Assembly: GCA_903936705.1 (NCBI GenBank)
Contig: CAIZWN010000071.1
Coordinates: 51,050-115,049 of the forward strand
Direction of reading: 5' to 3'
From: an uncultured Myxococcales bacterium
GTDB lineage: Bacteria > Myxococcota_A > UBA9042 > DTJE01
DNA length: 64,000 nt
The notes beneath the pieces were generated by a model. It was not told the DNA's origin. It was given only the letters and a program-made list of their open reading frames with translations, and searched no databases. A program made the translations under genes and the position numbers. Shown piece by piece: positions 47,741 to 55,491 of the stretch (positions within the stretch are counted from its first letter, which is position 1; every line of letters starts with the position of its first letter).

Positions 47741-48102
47741 TAGTTAGACCTGGGTCGGCCAATAGACGTTCGGGCGGTGTGCTTTGCGCTTTCCTGCCCT
47801 ACTCAAGATTCAACCCGGGTCGCTAGTGTTCGTCGGGACCTTGACGAACCCCTTGCAAGAGGCGAACCGCGTCGAGTCGTATTGCTAATGCCTTGGTATA
47901 TTGGATAGGTACTGGTTGCATGAAGGCTTGATTCAGTACGATATCGGGCGTCGATTCCCGTAGGCAACTCCGGGTTCAGGGAACTGGCCCCCTGGTCGAT
48001 TGAACGCGAGTCACTCGCCTGCTGGCGGGGGCATGTCGGAGCCGCCCGGGCCTTCGGAGTCGGGGCCAGGCCCGGCAACAGTATTTCTGTCCTCAACCTG
48101 GG

Positions 48103-48366
48103 TTGTCGATTCATCGATTCTCTGGTGTTGTCGTTGTGGGCGCAGTCGTTCTTGCTGCTTGCTCGCCAGATTCGAAGCAGGATTGCCGAGACGCAGGCGA
48201 GAACGGCGTTTGTGGCCTAAACGCTGCCGACGGCGTCCAGGGGGTGGACCTCGATGCGGCGATTGGACCCGCACAGCAGGACTGCTTGTGGCTGATGACG
48301 TGCGCGACGAACTGCGTTCAGTATGATCCAAACGCGTGTCACGTAGTCTTTATGAACAAGCGTTGA
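48103..48366 (+). CDS. possible small Cys-rich lipoprotein (87 aa)
   Basis: TTG start, signal plus lipobox (VVVVGAVVLAACS), 7 further Cys. It lies just upstream of the FG-GAP lipoprotein. No recognisable family, and third-position GC is lower than in neighbouring genes. Confidence 0.35.
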   Translation: MSIHRFSGVVVVGAVVLAACSPDSKQDCRDAGENGVCGLNAADGVQGVDLDAAIGPAQQDCLWLMTCATNCVQYDPNACHVVFMNKR

Positions 48367-48442
48367 CATGCACTCGCGGCCCCGGTATACCCCCGCGCGG
48401 CGGCGCTGATCGGCGGTGTCGCGTCAGACCGGGAGGTCCTGG

Positions 48443-49885
48443 ATGCGTCGATTGCCTTACGTGTTCCTTGTTGTATTCGCGTTGGTACTGGTGACTGTCG
48501 CCTGCGCTTCGTCCTCCTCGACCTCCGATGTGATGGCCGATGCGATCGATGTCGTGCACGTTGATGCGCCGCTGGATGATGCGCCGTCGGGTGACGAGCT
48601 GCCAGGGGATGCGTTGCCGGTCGACACGCAGGGGTCGGATGTTCCCGTGGCCGACCTGTCGTTGCCGGACGTACCACCCGGACAGATAACCTTCACACGC
48701 CACACCGTGGACTCTGACGCCGCCGGGGCCGCTTCCGCGGCGGTGGCGGACATTGACGGCGACGGCGAGCTTGAGATCCTCGTGACCACATTCGGTTTGA
48801 TTGAGGGCCTGGACGGATTCCCGGACGGCGAACTTCTGCTGTACAAGCGTGGCGGCGACCTGGACTCGTGGACGCGTACTGTTCTGATAGCTGCGGGCGA
48901 CGGCATCAAGTTCCCTGGGTTGCCGGTCGTGGTTGACGTCGATGGCGACAGCAAGCTGGACATCGTCCTGGGCGCGGGTTTTCTTCTGTGCACGCAGTTC
49001 TCCATGGACCCTTGTGGTGCGCTGCTGTGGCTGCAGCAGACGGCCGACGGCTGGCTGAAGCACGTGCTGGTCAGCGGGACGATCCCGTTCTATACGGGCG
49101 TGGTCGTGGTCGATATGGACGGCGACGGCGTGAAGGACCTGGTGACCGTGGCCGAGCAGCACGTGGGTTTTACAACGGATCAGGACCGTGCGGTCGCGCA
49201 GGTGTTCAAGGGCAACTTGACGGCCGCCCGCTTCGATTCGACACCCGTCGATTTGGCCGACGGGATGGGTAGCTTCCCCACTGTTCGAGACGTGGACGGC
49301 GATGGGGATTTGGACGTCGTCAGTGCGCAGTTCTTCATTCCAGGCGAGACCGCGGCGTGGCTTGAGAATCGCGGTAATGAGGGATGGGTCCGCCATGTCA
49401 TCGACGCCGACGACGGTCCCGCCATCCAGCTTTCGATGATCCCGAACCTGTTTGGCGACGGGCGCACGCTGGCTGTCATATCGAACCACACCAACGCAGT
49501 CGATGATCCTGAAGGGCCGGAATCGGCGGTGCGTGCCTACGAGGTTCCCGCGGACCCGACCAAGGTCTGGTCCCAGGTTGCGAAACTGTCGGACGGCATT
49601 GTTTCACGCCAGTCGCAAATGGCCCCGCAGCAGGCGCCTGGCGTGTTCGGCTGGGGCGACATCGACGGCGATGGGCGCATTGATCTGGCGGTGTCGGGCG
49701 ACGGAGACGTACGGACGTTCTGGCTGCAGCAGACGGCACCAGGGACGTTCGTGACGCACGTCCTGGACGAAAGCCTGGGCCAGGCCGGCGGAATGCTGAT
49801 CGTGGACCTCGAAGGCGACGGCCGAAACGAGATCGTGTCCACGGGGTACGAGGATGACAAGGTCTACGTGTACCACCGGGACTGA
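48443..49885 (+). CDS. FG-GAP/VCBS-repeat (integrin-alpha-like beta-propeller) lipoprotein
   Basis: Lipobox LVTVACASS. Six D-x-D-G-D-G-x-x-[DE]-[IL]-[VL] repeats (DIDGDGELEILV, DVDGDSKLDIVL, DMDGDGVKDLV, DVDGDGDLDVVS, DIDGDGRIDLAV, DLEGDGRNEIVS). ATG at 48443 with a GGGAGG RBS. Confidence 0.85.
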   Translation: MRRLPYVFLVVFALVLVTVACASSSSTSDVMADAIDVVHVDAPLDDAPSGDELPGDALPVDTQGSDVPVADLSLPDVPPGQITFTRHTVDSDAAGAASAAVADIDGDGELEILVTTFGLIEGLDGFPDGELLLYKRGGDLDSWTRTVLIAAGDGIKFPGLPVVVDVDGDSKLDIVLGAGFLLCTQFSMDPCGALLWLQQTADGWLKHVLVSGTIPFYTGVVVVDMDGDGVKDLVTVAEQHVGFTTDQDRAVAQVFKGNLTAARFDSTPVDLADGMGSFPTVRDVDGDGDLDVVSAQFFIPGETAAWLENRGNEGWVRHVIDADDGPAIQLSMIPNLFGDGRTLAVISNHTNAVDDPEGPESAVRAYEVPADPTKVWSQVAKLSDGIVSRQSQMAPQQAPGVFGWGDIDGDGRIDLAVSGDGDVRTFWLQQTAPGTFVTHVLDESLGQAGGMLIVDLEGDGRNEIVSTGYEDDKVYVYHRD

Positions 49886-50067
49886 CCTGTCATCCGGAAT
49901 CACTTCCCACGCTGCAGCCACCATGGATTTCAGGTCGTCAGGGTCTGCGACGGACGGCTTGAACCGACCACTGGAACCTGCCCAAGCCACTGAACCCCGC
50001 ACCATCCGCATTGTTTCGCGGTTCGAGTCGGTGGTAGGATCCCTTCCGCAGGATGCCGGAGGTTGAC

Positions 50068-50223
50068 GTGGGTTGCGGGCGTACGTTGCTGTGCATCATT
50101 CTTCCGCCGCTGGCCGTCATGGACAAGGGCTGCGGTTCCATCGTGCTGATCTCCCTGCTGACCCTGGCGGGATGGGTCCCGGGCGTGATCGGCGCCCTGG
50201 TGATCAACAATCGCGCTAAATAG
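50068..50223 (+). CDS. Pmp3/YqaE (UPF0057) family small membrane proteolipid, 51 aa (absent from the supplied ORF track)
   Basis: Manual translation: VGCGRTLLCIILPPLAVMDKGCGSIVLISLLTLAGWVPGVIGALVINNRAK*. The ILPPLAV...LLTLLGW[IV]PG[VI]I..L pattern is the family signature. GTG start with GGAGG 5 nt upstream. Confidence 0.75.
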   Translation: MGCGRTLLCIILPPLAVMDKGCGSIVLISLLTLAGWVPGVIGALVINNRAK

Positions 50224-50261
50224 CTTCAACATGACCGCGGGTGGTGCGGCATCGGTGGCCT

Positions 50262-50326
50262 GACGCGCGGACCGGTTCCAGGGGCGCTCCGGAGGGAGCC
50301 GTCGGAGGCGCGGTCCACCTTCTACC
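50262..50326. repeat. copy of a ~60-nt GC-rich intergenic repeat (partner at 55182-55245, inverted orientation)
   Basis: cgcggaccggttccaggggcgctccggagggagccgtcggaggcgcggtccacctt matches the reverse complement of 55185-55245 with only a few mismatches by eye. Confidence 0.75.
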
Positions 50327-50504
50327 CGACGTTCAAGAATTTTCCGATTCGCGCGGCGGCGTTTACCAGCAGACTGAAGTAGCGTGCTTGTCGCACACCC
50401 AAGCCGGGAACGCGGCTTGCCACAAGGCCTTGACGGTGCTAGGATATGGCCCCTCCGGACCCCCTGCGGCCCGGTCTCGATTTTCAATGGAAGGCGAGGG
50501 TGCG

Positions 50505-52445
50505 ATGGCGGAAGTATCGATAGGCGTGATGGTCGATGGACTGGGTGGCGGACCGGTAAAGGTCGATGTGCCCCCACAGTCGAATTTTTTCGAGGTGCTG
50601 AAGGCATTGAAGGCGGCCGGGCATGCTAAGGGCCTGAACGCGCTGGCGGTGCTGGTCGATGGCGTCGCTGTGGATCTGGTGGCGACTGTTCCAGGCAGTT
50701 CAGCTGTTCCCGTCAGATTCCTGACGTTCGACGATGCGGCCGGTCAGGAGGTTTTCAGGCATTCCACAGCCCACCTGCTGGCTCACGCGGTTTCGCGCCT
50801 TTTCCCGGATGTGCTGCCGACCATCGGCCCGGTTGTCGAGGAAGGCTTCTACTACGACTTTGCTGCGACGCCTTTCACCCCCGAGGATCTCGAGCGCCTC
50901 GAGGTCGAGATGCGGAAGATCGTCGCCGAGGATCTGCCCGTCCAGCGCCTGGAAATGACTCGTGACGAGGCCCTCGTTGCATTCGCGTCCAATCGCTTCA
51001 AGGTTCAGATGATCCGGGAATTCGAGGACGGCAGCATCACCGCATATCGACAGGGCGATTTCATCGACCTGTGCCGAGGGCCGCACGTCCCGCGCACCAG
51101 GATGCTGAAGTCATTCAAGCTGACCAAGGTTGCAGGTGCCTACTGGCGGGGCGACCAGAAGAACGAACAGTTGCAGCGCATCTACGGGATTTCATTCCCC
51201 GACGCCGCGCGACTTGAGGCACACCTGAAGGCGCTGGACGAGGCTCGCGAGCGCGACCACCGCAAGATCGGCCAGGAGATGGACCTGTTTTCGTTCCACG
51301 ACGAGGGCACCGGCTTCCCGTTCTGGCACGCCCGAGGCATGGTGCTGCGAAACACCGTAGTCGAGTACTGGCGCGAGGTGCATCGCAAGTATCTGTACAA
51401 CGAGATCCTCACCCCCGCGATCCTGAACATGTCGCTGTGGCAGACATCAGGTCACTACGACCACTACCGCAAGAACATGTACGTCACTCAGATCGACGAG
51501 GTGGATCACGCGGTCAAGCCAATGAACTGCCCGGGCGGATTGCTGGTCTACAAGAGCCGCCTGCACTCGTACCGGGAATTCCCGTTGCGCGTGGCCGAAC
51601 TGGGCGCCGTTCACCGCCACGAGCTTTCGGGCGTTTTGCACGGCTTGTTCCGGGTGCGCTCGTTCACCCAGGACGACGCTCACATCTTCTGCACGCCCGA
51701 GCAGGTCGAGGCTTCCGTCGTCGAGACGATTCGGCTGGTATTCGAGATATACCGGACCTTCGGCTTTACCGACGTTCACGTTGAACTTTCGACGCGGCCC
51801 CTGCAGGGCAGCATCGGGTCGGACGAGGTCTGGCGCGTTGCCGAGGCCGGGCTTGAAGCTGCGCTGAAGTCGCAGGATATCGACTACAAGTTGAACCCGG
51901 GTGACGGCGCGTTCTATGGGCCGAAAATCGACTTCCACGTGAAGGACTGCATGGGGCGGTCGTGGCAGTGCGGCACCATCCAGGTTGACTTCTCGATGCC
52001 GGACCGGTTCCACGCAACCTACGAGGCCGAGGATGGCACTCGCAAGATCCCCGTGATGATCCACCGCGCAATTCTTGGGTCGCTGGAGCGTTTTATTGGC
52101 ATCCTGATCGAGAATTTCGCGGGCAAGTTCCCGCTGTGGCTGAATCCGACGCAGGTGAAGGTCCTGCCTATCGGGGACAAGTTCTCGGATTACGCCAAAC
52201 AGGTTGGCGATGAACTGGTAAGGGCCGGTCTGCGGGCGGAAGTGGACCTGCGCAACGAGAAGCTGGGCAAGAAGATTCGCGATGCCCAGATGCAGCACGT
52301 GAACTACCAGCTCGTTTGCGGCGCGCGTGAAGCCGAGACAGGTACCGTTGCGGTGCGCATGCGTTCGGGCGAAGACCTGGGTGCGCTGCCGCTGGCGGAA
52401 GTCATTGCCCGTCTGAAGGACGAGAACGATCGCCGCGTCCTGTAG
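50505..52445 (+). CDS. thrS: threonine--tRNA ligase
   Basis: TGS-like N-terminus, HSTAHLLAHAV (second additional domain), class II motifs (FRVRSFTQDDAHIF, GTIQVDF), C-terminal anticodon-binding domain. Start is ATG 50505 or 50487. Confidence 0.95.
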   Translation: MAEVSIGVMVDGLGGGPVKVDVPPQSNFFEVLKALKAAGHAKGLNALAVLVDGVAVDLVATVPGSSAVPVRFLTFDDAAGQEVFRHSTAHLLAHAVSRLFPDVLPTIGPVVEEGFYYDFAATPFTPEDLERLEVEMRKIVAEDLPVQRLEMTRDEALVAFASNRFKVQMIREFEDGSITAYRQGDFIDLCRGPHVPRTRMLKSFKLTKVAGAYWRGDQKNEQLQRIYGISFPDAARLEAHLKALDEARERDHRKIGQEMDLFSFHDEGTGFPFWHARGMVLRNTVVEYWREVHRKYLYNEILTPAILNMSLWQTSGHYDHYRKNMYVTQIDEVDHAVKPMNCPGGLLVYKSRLHSYREFPLRVAELGAVHRHELSGVLHGLFRVRSFTQDDAHIFCTPEQVEASVVETIRLVFEIYRTFGFTDVHVELSTRPLQGSIGSDEVWRVAEAGLEAALKSQDIDYKLNPGDGAFYGPKIDFHVKDCMGRSWQCGTIQVDFSMPDRFHATYEAEDGTRKIPVMIHRAILGSLERFIGILIENFAGKFPLWLNPTQVKVLPIGDKFSDYAKQVGDELVRAGLRAEVDLRNEKLGKKIRDAQMQHVNYQLVCGAREAETGTVAVRMRSGEDLGALPLAEVIARLKDENDRRVL

Positions 52446-52476
52446 ATATTTCCCCTAGGTTCCACCGGAGGTCCCA

Positions 52477-53331
52477 ATGGTCCGTACGATGCGATCCATC
52501 GAGGAGGAGGCCCGGGTTCATCGCGTGACCGGCCCGGGTCTGGACGCGTTCCTGGACGACGCGGCCGTGACCGAAGCCCTGGAAGGCCCACTGCTGGCCG
52601 AACTGCTGACGTGGGCAAAGGACGGCACGCGCCGCGCTCTGGTCGTGGGCCTGGAGGACCACGGGCGCATCGCCCTGGAACTTCTGAAGGCCAAGGTCTT
52701 CGTCACTGTCGTCGAGCCCGATGCCCGGCGGATAGCGCTGCTGCAGGCCGCAGCCGACCAGGCAAAGTGCGGGATCGCGCTGAATGCCTACGCGTCGGAT
52801 TACATGAAACGCGAGTTTGCTTCGGGCGGCTTTGATCTGGCCATTTTCTTTTCGGCGATGGGCCGGTACAGCGAGCCGGTCGTCATCCTGAAGAAGGCGG
52901 CTCGCGAGCTGCGTGCCGGCGGGCGCATCTTCGTGCGCATGCGTGTCAGGCCCCCGACTGGCGCAATGTCCCGGGCCCTGTTGCGCATTCCCGGAGTGGC
53001 GAAGGTCTATCCCAAGGCATCGGAACTGGCGGTGCGCCTGCCTGGCGTCGCGACGTTGCTGGCCTTGCCAGATGCGGACGTGCTGATCGAGGAGGCCGGC
53101 GAGGTCTTCAAGGTTGAGCGGACCGAACGCTACCACGTGCTGGCACCGATTGTTGCCTGGCTGGCGGCCGTGAAGGGCGGCGCCTTGGGGCGGGCCGCGG
53201 CTAGGGCCTTGCCGCTGGCGCTGAAGGCCGATGCCGCGATACTGCGTTCCGGTGCGATGCGGCCACTTGCGTCCTATCTCGTCTTCTATGGCGCGAAGGA
53301 ACTGCAACTGGGCAAGACATTCAGGCTGTAG
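52477..53331 (+). CDS. hypothetical protein, possibly a degenerate class I methyltransferase fold
   Basis: GGAGG RBS and ATG at 52477. ALVVGLEDHGRIALELL...VVEPD and LRAGGRIFV loosely resemble MTase motifs I and post-III. Weak assignment. Confidence 0.35.
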   Translation: MVRTMRSIEEEARVHRVTGPGLDAFLDDAAVTEALEGPLLAELLTWAKDGTRRALVVGLEDHGRIALELLKAKVFVTVVEPDARRIALLQAAADQAKCGIALNAYASDYMKREFASGGFDLAIFFSAMGRYSEPVVILKKAARELRAGGRIFVRMRVRPPTGAMSRALLRIPGVAKVYPKASELAVRLPGVATLLALPDADVLIEEAGEVFKVERTERYHVLAPIVAWLAAVKGGALGRAAARALPLALKADAAILRSGAMRPLASYLVFYGAKELQLGKTFRL

Positions 53332-53349
53332 GCGTCCTGCGGAGGCGTC

Positions 53350-53760
53350 ATGCCCGTTGATCGCAAGGGCTATTGGACATACCAGTCCAGCGACGGCTTC
53401 CAGATCCTTGTGGGACGTACCGCCGCGGAAAACGACGACCTTACTTTCCACGTGGCGCTGCAGGACGATTTCTGGCTTCACGTCGCGCCGACTCCGGGAT
53501 CCCATGTCGTCGTCAGCAACCCCGATCATGTTCAGCGCCTGCCGCGCAGCACCCTTGACGAGGCCGCGTCGCTGGCGGCGTGGTATTCGAAGTGCCGCAC
53601 TGCAGGGCGCGTTTCGGTGCATTGGTGTCGTCGCCGCGACGTCCACAAGCAACGAGGCGCACCTGCCGGCCAGGTGACCCTGGATCACTTCGAGCAGGTC
53701 AAGGTGCGGCCCGGTATTCCCCCCGGTGTGGTTGCCGTGGACGTTCCCGCACCAGAATGA
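53350..53760 (+). CDS. NFACT-R_1 (DUF814) domain protein
   Basis: YQSSDGFQILVGRTAAENDDLTF...DFWLHVAPTPGSHVVV is the characteristic DUF814 core. Confidence 0.8.
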   Translation: MPVDRKGYWTYQSSDGFQILVGRTAAENDDLTFHVALQDDFWLHVAPTPGSHVVVSNPDHVQRLPRSTLDEAASLAAWYSKCRTAGRVSVHWCRRRDVHKQRGAPAGQVTLDHFEQVKVRPGIPPGVVAVDVPAPE

Positions 53761-53849
53761 ATTCCTGGCGGATCCGCCTGCGATTCGACGTGCTATCATC
53801 CGCTCGGCAACGCGTGAAAAAGGGCCTGCGAGGCCCGCTGGAGGTACGT

Positions 53850-55046
53850 ATGGACAAGGTTGTCGTACTGGGTGCAGTGCGCACCCCGATCGGGGCGATG
53901 GGGGGCGGTCTGTCGTCCCTGCTGGCCAGGGATTTGGCCACGTTCGCGATAGGTAAGGCCATCGAGGCGGCAGGGATCTCCCCCGAGCAGGTGCAGTACA
54001 CGTGCATCGGTTGGGTGATGCAGGATTCCAGGTTCGCGAACATCGCCAAGCAGGCGGCCGAGTTCGCGGGCGTCCCGAATACCGTTCCGGGAACCACCTA
54101 CCACGAGAACTGCGCGTCAGGCGCCGCCGCGGTGCAGGCGCTTGCCCGCCGTATCCTGCTGGGCGAGATCGAGGTCGGCGTTGCTGGTGGTGTAGAGGCG
54201 ATGTCCAATGTGCCTCGCTATCTGTACTCGGGGCGCCTAAAGGGTCAGACATATGGCGACATGGTCCTCGAGGATGGCATCCAGGGTGCCCTGGTGGACC
54301 GCAACGTTCCGCCGAAGGGCGAGGTAATGGGCCTGATGACCGAGCGGTTGGTCGCGAAATATGGCCTGACAAGGCTCGAGCAGGACGAGGTCGCTTTCCG
54401 CAGTCACGCGAACGCGCTGGCGGCGTGGGAATCCGGGGCCTTTGCTGACTACGTGGTGCCGGTGCCGATCGCTCAGCGCAAGGGGCCGCCTGTGATGTTC
54501 GCGAAGGACGAGGGGCCGAAGCCCGTGACTATGGACGTGCTGTCGGCCCAGCGGCCGTTCTTCAAGCCGGACGGTGGCACCATAACCACGATGAATTCGT
54601 CGTCGATCAACGACGGTGCCGCGGCGCTGGTGCTGTGCAGCGAGGAGTACGCAACCCGCATGGGCAAGAAGCCCCTGGCCCGTCTGTTGGCATGGCACAA
54701 TGTGGGCGTCCCTCGCGAACTGATGGGCGAGGGCGCGTTCAAGGTCATCCCGCCGCTGCTGCAGAAGGCTGGCCTGCCCATCGAAAGCATCGACTGGTTC
54801 GAGTTGAACGAGGCGTTTGCCGCGGTTGTCGCTGCGGCGTTCCATGATGTGCCGGGCCTGTCTGTCGACCGCGTCAACCAGTGGGGCAGCGGCATTTCGC
54901 TGGGGCATCCCGTTGGCTGTACCGGCGCCCGTCAGATCGTCGACATGATCCACCAGTTGGCTCGTCGGGGCGGCAGGATTGGCCTCACCACACGCTGCGT
55001 CGGCGGCGGCATCGGCAACGGCGAGATCGTCGAGTCGCTGGCCTAA
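53850..55046 (+). CDS. acetyl-CoA acetyltransferase (thiolase II-like)
   Basis: MDKVVVLGAVRTPIGAMGG, NCASGAAAV (Cys), GHPVGCTGA, CVGGGIG. ATG at 53850 with a GGAGG RBS. The upstream part of ORF 53580..55046 was trimmed. Confidence 0.93.
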   Translation: MDKVVVLGAVRTPIGAMGGGLSSLLARDLATFAIGKAIEAAGISPEQVQYTCIGWVMQDSRFANIAKQAAEFAGVPNTVPGTTYHENCASGAAAVQALARRILLGEIEVGVAGGVEAMSNVPRYLYSGRLKGQTYGDMVLEDGIQGALVDRNVPPKGEVMGLMTERLVAKYGLTRLEQDEVAFRSHANALAAWESGAFADYVVPVPIAQRKGPPVMFAKDEGPKPVTMDVLSAQRPFFKPDGGTITTMNSSSINDGAAALVLCSEEYATRMGKKPLARLLAWHNVGVPRELMGEGAFKVIPPLLQKAGLPIESIDWFELNEAFAAVVAAAFHDVPGLSVDRVNQWGSGISLGHPVGCTGARQIVDMIHQLARRGGRIGLTTRCVGGGIGNGEIVESLA

Positions 55047-55075
55047 GAGCCTGTTGTTGATAGCGTTACGCTGTG

Positions 55076-55245
55076 GAGGGCCGGTTCCGGGGGTGCCCCT
55101 CCGGGATCGGAGTTCCGGCGGGGGCTCTGCCCCCACCGGCCTCCTGCAGTCTCGGCGCGGCCCGATCGTCGATTGCCCCTGTAAGGTGGGCCGCGCCTCC
55201 GACGGCTCCCTCCGGAGCACCCCCGGAACCGGCCCGCGGACGTTT
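55076..55245. repeat. ~170-nt structured GC-rich palindromic element (REP/MITE-like) between the thiolase and thrA
   Basis: The outer arm GGGCCGGTTCCGGGGGTGC (55078-) pairs with GCACCCCCGGAACCGGCCC (-55236). There is an inner hairpin CGGCGGGGGC-tct-GCCCCCACCG. The right half is repeated, inverted, at 50262-50326. Confidence 0.7.
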
Positions 55246-55491
55246 GTTAAACATATTGTCAGGCAGGCTCACTCGGCAAAGAGCAGCAGGGCCTCAGCCC
55301 CGCTGCGAAATCGCAGTTTCACTTGCAGCGGAAATCCATGCAGCCTGATTGCTTTGCTGGTCAATGGTGCTGCTGTGGACCGCACACCAATTCCCTGATC
55401 ACAGGCCACGGCAACGTTCCTTGACTTGATTCCGCGCCGGATGGGCACGATCATGGCGCGTCGTGGGGAGTTCACGAATGGGGGGGGGGCA

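Noticed and set aside
48350-49489. 379-aa minus-strand ORF
   Set aside because: It is antisense to the FG-GAP repeat gene, which has a lipoprotein signal and regular DxDGDG repeats.
49930-50607. 225-aa minus-strand ORF and the N-terminal extension of the thrS ORF (50241-50504)
   Set aside because: They cross the intergenic repeat element and the Pmp3 mini-gene. ThrRS homology starts near 50505. The shared GAPEGAVGGA strings come from the DNA repeat, not from protein homology.
52402-54372. 656-aa minus-strand ORF spanning three plus-strand genes
   Set aside because: Its Pro/Arg/Gly-rich composition has no motifs. The plus strand carries three ORFs with good RBSs (52477, 53350, 53850) and recognisable DUF814 and thiolase sequences.
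55250-55440. Possible thr-operon leader peptide or attenuator upstream of thrA
   Set aside because: There is no Thr/Ile-rich mini-ORF, and no alternative hairpin pair could be identified. Only weak 5-bp stems are present.
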